NCBI RefSeq assembly: GCF_900187275.1
Contig: NZ_LT906458.1
Span: 750,001 to 782,000 of the forward strand
Reading direction: 5' to 3'
Source: Pasteurella multocida
Lineage (GTDB): Bacteria > Pseudomonadota > Gammaproteobacteria > Enterobacterales > Pasteurellaceae
DNA length: 32,000 nucleotides
In this document: positions 19,761 to 28,600 of the stretch, in pieces
How the letters are laid out: the number at the start of each line of letters is the position of its first letter
Numbering within the stretch: position 1 is the stretch's first letter
Program-made: the position numbers and the translations under genes
The notes under the pieces: generated by a model
Database searches by the model: none
What the model was told of the DNA's origin: nothing
The model's input: the letters and a program-made list of their open reading frames with translations, nothing else

Positions 19761-19881
19761 GTGTTATCCTTATTTTTTTAACAAAATTTAGCCAAAATTA
19801 TAACGTAATCATTACCATTAGGCTAATAACAAATTCATCAATTCCGTTGTCTGTCCAGCAAGAAATGGCTTAACTCATGAC

Positions 19882-20421
19882 TTATTGCAACACATAGCGT
19901 AAGCGTGGTTCAGGACGCCAAAATGGTCCCCACCCCATACGGCGACTTTCGCGCCAATCGGCAAGATCCTCTGGCTCATAATAATAGTCTGGCACGAGTT
20001 GCCATAATTTATAATGTGTGACCTGAATAACGGGATAATGATAATCGACCTGATCAATTTTGCCAGTTTCTGGTTTTTTCAAAGTTCCTTTCACTGTAAT
20101 GAACTGCTCTTTTAAGCGTTCTGGATCAATAAATCCCTCTAGATAGGCAATAAAACGTCCATTGGTTTCTGCTGATAAACTCGGTTTAGCCGACAGGGAA
20201 ATCAGCGGTAAACTCAAAATTTCTAACTTCATTTGCCCCTGTAATGCGGTGGCAGATAAGATTTTCCCACCCAAACGTGCTTGTTTACATTGGCAAGCAT
20301 AATCTTCTACCACTAATTTATCGAGAGAGAGCAAACTAACGCCCTCACGCTCAAGCCCTTTTGGAGCAGTAATACACCCCGTTAAAAACAATGTGATCAA
20401 AAGTGCGGTCAGTTTTCTCAT
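19882..20421 (-). CDS. Slp/YeaY-family outer-membrane lipoprotein
   Basis: Signal peptide with lipobox MRKLTALLITLFLTGC. The position between tsaB and fadD mirrors E. coli yeaY. GGAGGAAAG is the RBS upstream of ATG 20421; the track start at 20484 overlaps the tsaB 3' end. Confidence 0.85.
   Translation of the reverse strand: MRKLTALLITLFLTGCITAPKGLEREGVSLLSLDKLVVEDYACQCKQARLGGKILSATALQGQMKLEILSLPLISLSAKPSLSAETNGRFIAYLEGFIDPERLKEQFITVKGTLKKPETGKIDQVDYHYPVIQVTHYKLWQLVPDYYYEPEDLADWRESRRMGWGPFWRPEPRLRYVLQ
20401..20409 (+). other. Uptake signal sequence core
   Basis: AAGTGCGGT inside the signal-peptide coding region of the slp-family gene. Confidence 0.8.
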
Positions 20422-20456
20422 ACTTTCCTCCTTAAACAGGTTGGAAAACGGTAGAT

Positions 20457-21176
20457 TTATTCGCGTCCTGGGAGTTTCTTCCACGTGACTTCATTACGTA
20501 AATAAACAGGTTCAATCGCTAACGCATTAATAGTTTGCTGTTGTTGCCATTTGAGTAATGCGGGTGCAAGCATATATTGAGCAGAAGGAAGCAGAATGTC
20601 TGTTGTTTGCCCTGCGAATAACGTGGCAAGCTGAGGATACGCTGACCAGCCCGTCCCCACCGTCGTCCAATCTCCAGTTAACCCAGCAAGTTCAGTTATC
20701 AAACATTCAGGGTTCACCACCTTTTCTTGCCCAATAACTTGCCAATCAATCAACGTGTCTGTCCCCACTTGCTTCGCTTGTGCGATCAATTGTGAAAAAT
20801 AGACTTCATTCATCCGTGCATCAATGGCAGCTAGCACGTGTTCAGCGCCGACTTGTTCATAAGCTGCTTGTGCCATCATGGTGAGATTCGAGATAGGAAT
20901 CACCGGTAAATCCGCTCCTAACGCTAAGCCTTGAGCAATGCCGGCACCCACTCGCACGCCAGTAAAACTGCCGGGGCCCCGTCCAAAAGCCAGCGCATCC
21001 ACTTGCTTTAATGAAAGACCTGACTGGCATAAAATTTCATCGATCATCGGTAAAATACGTTGTGTATGAGTACGTTGTGCCAGTTCATCTAAATAGGTTC
21101 TTTCACCTTTATACAGTAACGCTACAGAACAAGCTTCTGTCGAGGTATCTAAAGCTAATAAAGTTAAATTATGCAT
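20457..21176 (-). CDS. tsaB: tRNA N6-threonylcarbamoyladenosine (t6A) biosynthesis protein TsaB
   Basis: LLALDTSTEACSVAL and FGRGPGSFTGVRVGAGIAQGLA match the YeaZ/TsaB family. It starts 5 bp after the yoaA stop. Confidence 0.92.
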   Translation of the reverse strand: MHNLTLLALDTSTEACSVALLYKGERTYLDELAQRTHTQRILPMIDEILCQSGLSLKQVDALAFGRGPGSFTGVRVGAGIAQGLALGADLPVIPISNLTMMAQAAYEQVGAEHVLAAIDARMNEVYFSQLIAQAKQVGTDTLIDWQVIGQEKVVNPECLITELAGLTGDWTTVGTGWSAYPQLATLFAGQTTDILLPSAQYMLAPALLKWQQQQTINALAIEPVYLRNEVTWKKLPGRE

Positions 21177-21181
21177 TCTTG

Positions 21182-23110
21182 TTATCCATTTTCGCTCTTT
21201 GTTAGAAATTGTATCACTTTGTTCATATCTCGGGTACGTTTAGCATTAGGTAAGCTTTTCAGAAAAGTCGCACCATAACTCCGCATGACTAAACGACTAT
21301 CACAAATAATCACCACACCGCGATCCGTCACATCACGAATTAAACGCCCTACCCCTTGCTTTAAAGTAATCACAGCTTCTGGGATCTGGATATCCTGAAA
21401 AGGATCACCACCTTGTAAACGACAATCTTCGATACGGGCTTTGAGGAGAGGTTCGTCTGGTGCAGTAAACGGCAATTTATCAATAATTACTAAAGAAAGT
21501 GCGTCGCCTCGCACATCAATCCCTTCCCAGAAGCTTGAAGTAGCAACCAACACCGCTTCTTGTAAAGCAATAAATTGATCTAATAATTTGGTTTTTGAAG
21601 TTTCCCCTTGTAATAAAATTCGTAATTCACTCTGTTCACGAAAATACGCTGCTAAGCCACGCATCATGACATACGAGGTACAAAGCACAAAACAACGCCC
21701 TTTATTCGCTTCAATTACGGGCAACAGCATCGCACCTAATTGCGTGAGGGTATGTTGTTGATTACTGTTCGGTAAATAGCGGGGGACGCATAACAGCGCT
21801 TGTTCAGGATAGTTAAAAGGACTTGGTAGAATTTTCTGCATCGCATTTGTAATACCTAAACGTTGGCAAAAATGGGCAAAATCACCACCGACTTCTAATG
21901 TAGCGGAAGTAAAAATCCACGTACTTTCACGCTTTTGCATTTCTTCGCCAAATTTATCTGCCACCGTCAAAGGCGTAATATGTAAACCAAATTGGCGTCC
22001 CATGGCTTCATACCAATAACAATAGCCTGTAATGTTGGTCTCTGCTAAGCGGGCAAGCTGAATTTTTATGGCTTCTAAACGCTCAAAAATGCTGTCTAAG
22101 GTTTGTGAACGCCCTAGCGCTAACTTCACCACCTGCGACATAAAGGCGATCTTTTCTTGCAAATTTTCAAAGCCTTTTCTCACTGCATTTTGAGCCAACC
22201 GTTCACGCCAATTACCTCGTGTATTTCCTTCACCTAGCAATAAACGAAAATCTTGGATCGTTTTCAGTAAATTATCAGACGCGGTGCCAAGTTGTGCCAT
22301 ATCTTTGATTTCGGTGCGATACACAATATGAATATCTTTACACAAATCAAACAGCTGACGTGCTGTTAAGGATTGACCAAAATATTGGCTCGCAATATCT
22401 GGTAATTGATGTGCTTCATCAAAAATAATCACATCGGCTTGCGGAATAAGTTCTCCAAACCCGGTTTCTTTCACGGCGATATCGGCAAAGAACAAATGGT
22501 GATTAACAACCACTAAATCTGCATTTAACGCCCGTTTACGTGCGGATGCCACATAGCAATCATTATAATGCGGACAATCCGTGCCTAAACAACTGTCGGC
22601 TGTACTGGTTAATTGCGCTAAAATCGGGCTGTCTTCTGCCAATTCCACGCATTCACTTAAATCCCCTGTTTTAGTCGCATTATTCCATTTACGTACTTTT
22701 GATAAATCCACAAGCACGGAACGATCGCCTAATACCCCCTGCGCAATCACTTGATCCAATCGCTCTAGGCATAAATAATTTGCACGTCCTTTTAATAACG
22801 CAATTTTTCCGCTGTAATTAAGGGCTTTTTTTATCGCCGGCAAATCACGTTTAAACAATTGATCCTGTAAATTCTTAGACCCCGTTGACACAATGGTTTT
22901 CTTTTTCGCTAATAAAGCAGGCGCTAGATAGGCAAAGGTTTTTCCCGTTCCTGTCCCTGCTTCGACAACCAGTGCTTGTTTATCCTGAATCGCGCTGGCT
23001 ACCGCTGTCGCCATCTCTCGCTGCTCTGCGCGAGGACGAAAACCTGCAATACTTTGACTTAACGCGCCTTGTTCGGAAAAGACCTTGATTATTTGTTCAA
23101 TATTCGCCAT
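21182..23110 (-). CDS. yoaA: DinG-family ATP-dependent DNA helicase YoaA (XPD-like, Fe-S)
   Basis: Walker A EAGTGTGKT, DEAH box (FDEAHQLPD), and four Cys (LCLERL, CLGTDCPHYNDC) typical of the XPD/DinG Fe-S domain. Its ~642 aa length and position next to tsaB favour YoaA over DinG. Start chosen at MANIEQ (23110). Confidence 0.88.
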   Translation of the reverse strand: MANIEQIIKVFSEQGALSQSIAGFRPRAEQREMATAVASAIQDKQALVVEAGTGTGKTFAYLAPALLAKKKTIVSTGSKNLQDQLFKRDLPAIKKALNYSGKIALLKGRANYLCLERLDQVIAQGVLGDRSVLVDLSKVRKWNNATKTGDLSECVELAEDSPILAQLTSTADSCLGTDCPHYNDCYVASARKRALNADLVVVNHHLFFADIAVKETGFGELIPQADVIIFDEAHQLPDIASQYFGQSLTARQLFDLCKDIHIVYRTEIKDMAQLGTASDNLLKTIQDFRLLLGEGNTRGNWRERLAQNAVRKGFENLQEKIAFMSQVVKLALGRSQTLDSIFERLEAIKIQLARLAETNITGYCYWYEAMGRQFGLHITPLTVADKFGEEMQKRESTWIFTSATLEVGGDFAHFCQRLGITNAMQKILPSPFNYPEQALLCVPRYLPNSNQQHTLTQLGAMLLPVIEANKGRCFVLCTSYVMMRGLAAYFREQSELRILLQGETSKTKLLDQFIALQEAVLVATSSFWEGIDVRGDALSLVIIDKLPFTAPDEPLLKARIEDCRLQGGDPFQDIQIPEAVITLKQGVGRLIRDVTDRGVVIICDSRLVMRSYGATFLKSLPNAKRTRDMNKVIQFLTKSENG

Positions 23111-23176
23111 TATTTTCAGAATCAATTACAAAATTGTGGCATAGTGTACCAGATTTTCCCTTGCCACTAAATAACA

Positions 23177-23196
23177 CACTGAATAAAAAAACAGTA
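23177..23196 (-). promoter_or_regulatory. Candidate LexA (SOS) box in the yoaA/yeaD divergent region
   Basis: The minus strand reads TACTGTTTTTTTATTCAGTG, a CTG-N10-CAG with about 15/20 matches to TACTGTATATATATACAGTA. It overlaps a possible yoaA -10 element (TATACT). Confidence 0.35.
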
Positions 23197-23208
23197 TAAA
23201 GAGGGCTT

Positions 23209-24030
23209 ATGTATCACGCTATTCAACCGATAATTTTGCAACAGATTTGTCCTGAACTCCGTTTAGTGAAATACAATGCAATTCCAGCCATTAGCTTGCA
23301 ACATGACATTGGTAGCGCGGTGATTGCCTTACAAGGTGCTCAGCTTCTCAGTTGGCAACCGAAAGGCAGTGCACACGATGTGCTATGGCTAAGCGAAATT
23401 GAACCTTTCCAATTAGGCAAGGCCATTCGTGGCGGGATTCCACTTTGCTACCCATGGTTTGGACCAGTGAAAACACCTTCTCATGGCACCGCACGTATCC
23501 GTTTATGGCACTTAATCGACTATGCTATTTCAACTGATAAAGTGCGGTTAGTTTTTGGTTTATTTACTGAAGATCATCTCATTGAAGCCAAAGTCAGCAT
23601 GGATTTTGCTCAAGATTGCCAAGTAAGGTTGACCCATTATGGGCAAGAAGACGCGCAAGTGGCATTACACAGCTATTTTCACATCGGCGATATTGAACAA
23701 ATAGAAATACAAGGCTTACCGACTGACTGTGTCAGTAATCTGACGAAACAGCATGAAAATGTGCCTTCTCCCCGCCAAATTCAGCAAAATGTGGACTGTA
23801 CCTATCACATCACAAATGCGAAAACGAGCATCGTTGACCCCGTTTTACAACGCGAGATTTCTCTTGAACATCAACAGGCTAGCGAAGTCGTGCTATGGAA
23901 TCCATGGCACAAAGAAACCAGTGGCATGAGTGAGTTCGGCTATCAAACTATGGTATGCGTAGAAACAGCACGTATTACACAGCAACTCAAACAGGGCGAA
24001 GAAATAGCCGTTCGTATCACGTTAAAATAG
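23209..24030 (+). CDS. yeaD: D-hexose-6-phosphate mutarotase (aldose 1-epimerase family)
   Basis: ALQGAQLLSWQP, VLWLS, IRGGIPLCYPWFGP, HGTARI, ALHSYFHIGDI, and MVCVETA align with E. coli YeaD as I recall it. Confidence 0.88.
   Translation: MYHAIQPIILQQICPELRLVKYNAIPAISLQHDIGSAVIALQGAQLLSWQPKGSAHDVLWLSEIEPFQLGKAIRGGIPLCYPWFGPVKTPSHGTARIRLWHLIDYAISTDKVRLVFGLFTEDHLIEAKVSMDFAQDCQVRLTHYGQEDAQVALHSYFHIGDIEQIEIQGLPTDCVSNLTKQHENVPSPRQIQQNVDCTYHITNAKTSIVDPVLQREISLEHQQASEVVLWNPWHKETSGMSEFGYQTMVCVETARITQQLKQGEEIAVRITLK
23540..23548 (+). other. Uptake signal sequence core
   Basis: AAGTGCGGT inside yeaD. Confidence 0.8.
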
Positions 24031-24040
24031 CACAGGACAA

Positions 24041-24049
24041 AAGTGCGGT
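24041..24049 (+). other. Uptake signal sequence core
   Basis: AAGTGCGGT 11 bp after the yeaD stop. Confidence 0.8.
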
Positions 24050-24069
24050 GCGTTTTTAAGAAATTTGCT

Positions 24070-24097
24070 AGAGGCGAATCAATCGCCTCTTTATTTA
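24070..24097. terminator. Hairpin terminator between convergent yeaD and the AEC transporter gene
   Basis: AGAGGCGA (24070-24077), loop ATCAA, TCGCCTCT (24083-24090), then TTATTTA. A USS core at 24041-24049 lies just upstream. Confidence 0.55.
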
Positions 24098-24100
24098 TGT

Positions 24101-25060
24101 TTAGATCCAGCCTAGTTGCGTCAACACTAATAGACCTAAGGAAGAAATCAGGATCGCGCCTAACGTAGTAAGTGCAATAATGTTCGCTGCACTCACACCA
24201 TTACCGCCCATTCCTCGTACCATCGCATAAGCAATCGTCGCCATTGGTGTCGCCGCCATTAAAAATAAAATCCCCATATTCATGCCAGATAAACCAAACA
24301 GTTTGCCCACAAACACCATCACAACAGGCGCAATCAGTACACGCCCTATACTGCCCCAAATCACCACGCGCGAATCTTTTCTCATGCCTTTAAATTGTAT
24401 GCTCGCGCCGGTACAAATAAGAGCAAGCGGTAACGTCATACTAGCCAGATAATTGCCTGTAGTTTGCAATGTTTTTGGAAAAGTCAATTCAAGATGATTC
24501 ACTACATAGCCCAATACAATGGCAATGATCAATGGATTTCTCAGTACATTGTTTAACACACGCCACAAACTGACACTGCCTTGTGCAAAAGCGCGACTTA
24601 AAGTAATCACTCCGAGGACATTAAATAAAAAAATGGTCGCGGCAGCATAAATCGACGCGGGGGCTAAACCGGCTTCACCATAGGCATTAATACATAACGC
24701 CAAGCCTAAGATCCCATTATTACCGCGATAAACAGCTTGCACAAAAGTACCACGCTCTGTCTTTTCCGCAATATATTTGCCGGCGACTAACTCTGCCCCC
24801 AGAAATAAAAGCAAGGTACCGACTACACTTGCCATAATGGGCAACATTTGGCTACGAAAATCCACCGGATTACTGGTAATATTCAGAAATAGCAGAATCG
24901 GTAAGGTGATATTAAAAATAATTCGGGTTGCTTGTCCGGTGAATTTGTCATCTACCATCCGTTGTCTTTTCAAGATGACCCCAAGTAATAGCATCAAAAC
25001 AGTGGGTAACGTGACACTCATCGAGAACAAAAAAGAAGACAACAAATTCGTATTCTGCAT
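24101..25060 (-). CDS. AEC (auxin efflux carrier) family transporter, ~10 transmembrane segments
   Basis: 319 aa and highly hydrophobic throughout. The layout (two 5-TM halves separated by a short polar loop around QGSVSLWRVLNN) fits membrane transport family PF03547 as I recall it. Confidence 0.8.
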   Translation of the reverse strand: MQNTNLLSSFLFSMSVTLPTVLMLLLGVILKRQRMVDDKFTGQATRIIFNITLPILLFLNITSNPVDFRSQMLPIMASVVGTLLLFLGAELVAGKYIAEKTERGTFVQAVYRGNNGILGLALCINAYGEAGLAPASIYAAATIFLFNVLGVITLSRAFAQGSVSLWRVLNNVLRNPLIIAIVLGYVVNHLELTFPKTLQTTGNYLASMTLPLALICTGASIQFKGMRKDSRVVIWGSIGRVLIAPVVMVFVGKLFGLSGMNMGILFLMAATPMATIAYAMVRGMGGNGVSAANIIALTTLGAILISSLGLLVLTQLGWI

Positions 25061-25162
25061 ACTTGTTCTACCTCTATTTCATCAAATAACTTTCGCTAAT
25101 GCGTATTTACGGTTAAAATTGGGCAATTCATTTTGGTCGTTTTTTAAATTTCAGAAAAACCG

Positions 25163-25171
25163 ACCGCACTT
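25163..25171 (-). other. Uptake signal sequence core
   Basis: The plus strand reads ACCGCACTT, in the AEC/yhbY divergent region. Confidence 0.8.
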
Positions 25172-25190
25172 TCTCAAATTAGGATGCATT

Positions 25191-25493
25191 ATGTCGATTA
25201 CATTATCTACCAAACAAAAACAATTCCTGAAAGGACTTGCACACCATTTAAACCCTGTTGTCATGATTGGCAACAATGGGTTAACAGAAGGCGTATTAGC
25301 AGAAATTGACAACGCATTGGCACACCATGAATTAATTAAAGTCAAAATCGCTGGCGCAGATCGTGAAGTAAAACAATTAATTATTGATGCGATTGTGCGT
25401 GAAACAAACGCCAGTGCGGTACAAACCATTGGACACATTCTCGTGCTATATCGTCCAAGTCAAGAACCCCAAATCCAACTACCACGTAAATAA
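25191..25493 (+). CDS. yhbY: Ribosome assembly RNA-binding protein YhbY (CRM domain)
   Basis: LSTKQKQFLKGLAHHLNPVVMIGNNGLTEGVLAEIDNALAHHELIKVKI matches YhbY. 100 aa. The 5' part of track ORF 24777-25493 is antisense to the AEC gene and was discarded. Confidence 0.9.
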   Translation: MSITLSTKQKQFLKGLAHHLNPVVMIGNNGLTEGVLAEIDNALAHHELIKVKIAGADREVKQLIIDAIVRETNASAVQTIGHILVLYRPSQEPQIQLPRK

Positions 25494-25545
25494 TACCACT
25501 AAATATACTACAACATGCTATGACGTCTATGTTGTGGCAAAAATT

Positions 25546-25576
25546 AAAGGGGATAAGCTCGCTTCATCCCCTTTTT
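25546..25576 (+). terminator. Rho-independent terminator after yhbY
   Basis: AAAGGGGAT (25546-25554), 11-nt loop, ATCCCCTTT (25566-25574), then TT. Confidence 0.7.
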
Positions 25577-25617
25577 CAGGTCCTTATCAGATATATTTGA
25601 ATTTCAGCATAAACGAA

Positions 25618-25645
25618 AAAGGGTATTGTTTAACCAATACCCTTT
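25618..25645 (-). terminator. Rho-independent terminator after the adhesin gene
   Basis: AAAGGGTATTG (25618-25628), loop TTTAAC, CAATACCCTTT (25635-25645). The minus strand continues TTTTTCGTTT. Confidence 0.7.
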
Positions 25646-25665
25646 GTTTACGATTTAAGGCTCAA

Positions 25666-28600
25666 TTACCATTGATAACCGATACTACCACCGAAGTTCA
25701 CATCACCACGGCTGTTCATACCACCACCAAGTTTGATTGAGATCTTATTGTTATCTGAGTTTCTTGCATAACCAACTGCAATAGCAGATTCACTACGATA
25801 AGAACCTACACCAAGAGAAACGATGCTCTTACCAGCTTCATTTGGACGCTGTAAGAACGCAACCGCTGTGGCACCCGCGATACCGGCACGGAGATCTTTA
25901 TCCACTTTATTGATATGATCACCTAGCTTATTAATCGCAGTGGCTTGGTTATTCACTTGTTGTTGAACTTTATGTAACTGGCTACCATTCACAGCTTGTT
26001 TACTGGTTGCACTCACTTCACCATCAGCCACACCGTCAATCACGTTGTTACCCATGTTGATTTTCGCGCCTTCTTTCACTGTCAAGTTCTCCGTCACATT
26101 GATACCTTTCACATCAATATTGTCTTTCAATCTGACACGAATTGTATCCCCTGCAACTTCAGTTTCGATGTTCTTATCGTCACCTTTCACTTTCACAGTG
26201 GTACCAAGCTTCGCTTTGTGTTCAGTACCTTTATCCGCACCAAACACTAAACCGTCGTTCATGGTGGCAACTTGCTCTTCAGTGCCATCAGGTTTGGTAT
26301 AAACGATACGTGTTTTACTATTACCGTCTTTACCATCATTGCCATCTAAGCCTTTCACGCTATCTTTCACGCCAATGATCGCATTTGCATTTTTGCCATC
26401 AGCGCCCGCAGGACCTGTTAAGCCAATCGTACCAACACCATCTTTCCCGCTGATAGCCACCGCATCTTTGCCATCTTTGCCGGCGATACTGATACTACCT
26501 TTACCGTCAGCGCCTTCTTTACCACTGATAACCACTGCACCCTCTTGAGGTTGGTTTGTGCCATCTTTAGGTCCAATTACAACTTTATTGGCTAAATCAA
26601 AGGTGACATTATGCTTATCATTGTCAACCGTTTTGCTGATCACGATATTGCCATCGGTATTGTTCAAATCAACAGTATGTTTTGGTTTCACGTTAGATAC
26701 ATTGTTATTTGCATTTTCATTGACCGAAATATTCCAGCCCGAAGCAGCAAGCTCTGCGGTTTCTTTCACAGCATGAAGCTGACTACCGTTTACAGCATCT
26801 TTGCTCGTTGGTGAAATATCACCCTCTGCCACACCTGTAATCTTAACGAATTTATCCGCGGTTGGATTAACAAGACTCAAGGTTGCATTACCGTCTTTAT
26901 CTTTAGTCGTGGTCATGGATAATGACTCATTACCGTCCTTATCAGTAAACTTAATTGAGGCATCTTGACCATCCTTACCATTCAAGACAATACCTGAAAA
27001 CTCCGGACGTTCTTTCATTACCACTTCTAAACTACCTGTTGGATTACCTTGGTCATCTTTCACCGCACGGACACCGAGGTTACCACTTGATACTTTGCTA
27101 TTATCCTTAACAGTGGTCGCATCAATACCGCCTTTGATACCTAATGTTTCATTCAGTTTACGTGTAACAACAGTACCATCATTACCCTCAAACTTCATAC
27201 CATCGTTTAAGGTAGCGACTTCTTCAGTGATCGGTTGATCATTCGCGTCTTTAATAGGATTACCATCTTTGTCTTTCAAGGTATAAACAATACGTGTTTT
27301 ACTTGTACCGTTCGCACCGTCTGTACCATCAACACCTGCTGCACCTTCTTTCACACCAATATCAGTTGAAACTGATTTGCCGTCAGCACCACGCGGACCA
27401 GTCAGACCAATTGTACCGTCTTTACCATTTAAAACTACGCTTGCGCCGTCTTTACCCGTGACTTTAACAGAACCATCAACGCCTTCTACGCCACCTTCTG
27501 TTGGCTTACCTAACGTAATATTATCAGCTAAGCTGACTTCAAGGGCTTTTCCGCCATTCTTACCATCAACGACTTTAGTATTGATGTTGTCATCACCTGT
27601 AATTTGTGCGGCTGTACCTAAGTCTTGCTTGAATTCGTTACCTTCCTTGTCTTTCAAGCCAAAACCACCATTTGTAGCAGAAGTAATATTGGTAATCGCA
27701 TCTTTCAGGTCACCAACATTGACACCGTTATTGAGTACATCACCTGTTGCATCTTTCAATGCTACCGCATCACCGTCTTTATTTTTCAGACCACTCGCTA
27801 CGTTAACAATTTGGTTACCACCGTTGTCTAATCCTTTTTCGGTTAGGCTTACAACTGTATCCTTAGCATTCGGATCTTGTGCATCAGCTTTTTTCGTAAT
27901 AGTTAACCCATTACCGTTGAGCACGCTACTGGTATTATTCGTACCACCTACAAAACTCGCGCTAGTTAAATCTTTTAATGCTTTAGCTAAAGCAACAGTA
28001 ATCGTATTACCTTGAATCTGAGTCATAATATTCTGACCCGCGTCAAAGTCCGCCCAAGTGGTATTATTAGCATGTCCTTTTACATCCACACGGCTATTCA
28101 GTTTCGCATTATGAACTGCCCCATCATTCGCACCGAATTTTAAGCCGTCGTTCAGTGTGGCTAACTCTTCAATTGTTGCTGGATCAGTAGGTTGTGCACC
28201 AGGTATTTCATAAGTAATACGTGTTTTGTTGTTAGGTGCATTATTCGGATCATCATTCGGTGTACCAACTAAATCCGCTTTCCCTGTTGCAACTTTAATC
28301 TTCGCACTTGGTGCATCTGCTGGCGCTGTACCTGGCGCATTTCCTGTTAAAGTGAGGGAACCATCTGTACCATCAAGCTTCGCACGTTCTTTACCTTTAT
28401 CATCAGTCAATGTCACTTTACCTGCTTCACCAGTAGAACCTTGTACTGTAGGATCAGCTGCTTTGCCAAGAGTCAATTGGTTAGCTAAACTCACTTCAAG
28501 CGCTTTACCTGCTTTATTAGTTGTCGGGTCAGTAAAGTCAACAACTTTTGTATTCACATTTGCATCACCAATAACTGCCGCAGTTTCACCCAAGTTTTGT

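Noticed and set aside
19846-19862. FadR-like operator upstream of fadD (minus strand CTTGCTGGACAGACAAC).
   Set aside because: Only one half-site (CTGGA) resembles the TGGTCCGACCA-type consensus, and the other half is poor. It cannot be distinguished from chance without a PWM and conservation data.
25384-25740. 118-aa plus-strand ORF spanning the yhbY 3' end, both terminators and the adhesin 3' end.
   Set aside because: It crosses two intrinsic terminator hairpins and overlaps two real genes. There is no homology signal.
26317-27408. Reading the G-x-D-G-rich tracts of the adhesin as RTX-type calcium-binding repeats.
   Set aside because: The periodicity is 3 (G-X-Y), not the nonapeptide GGxGxDxUx. 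The runs are only 4-5 triplets long, and the context is a TAA stalk.
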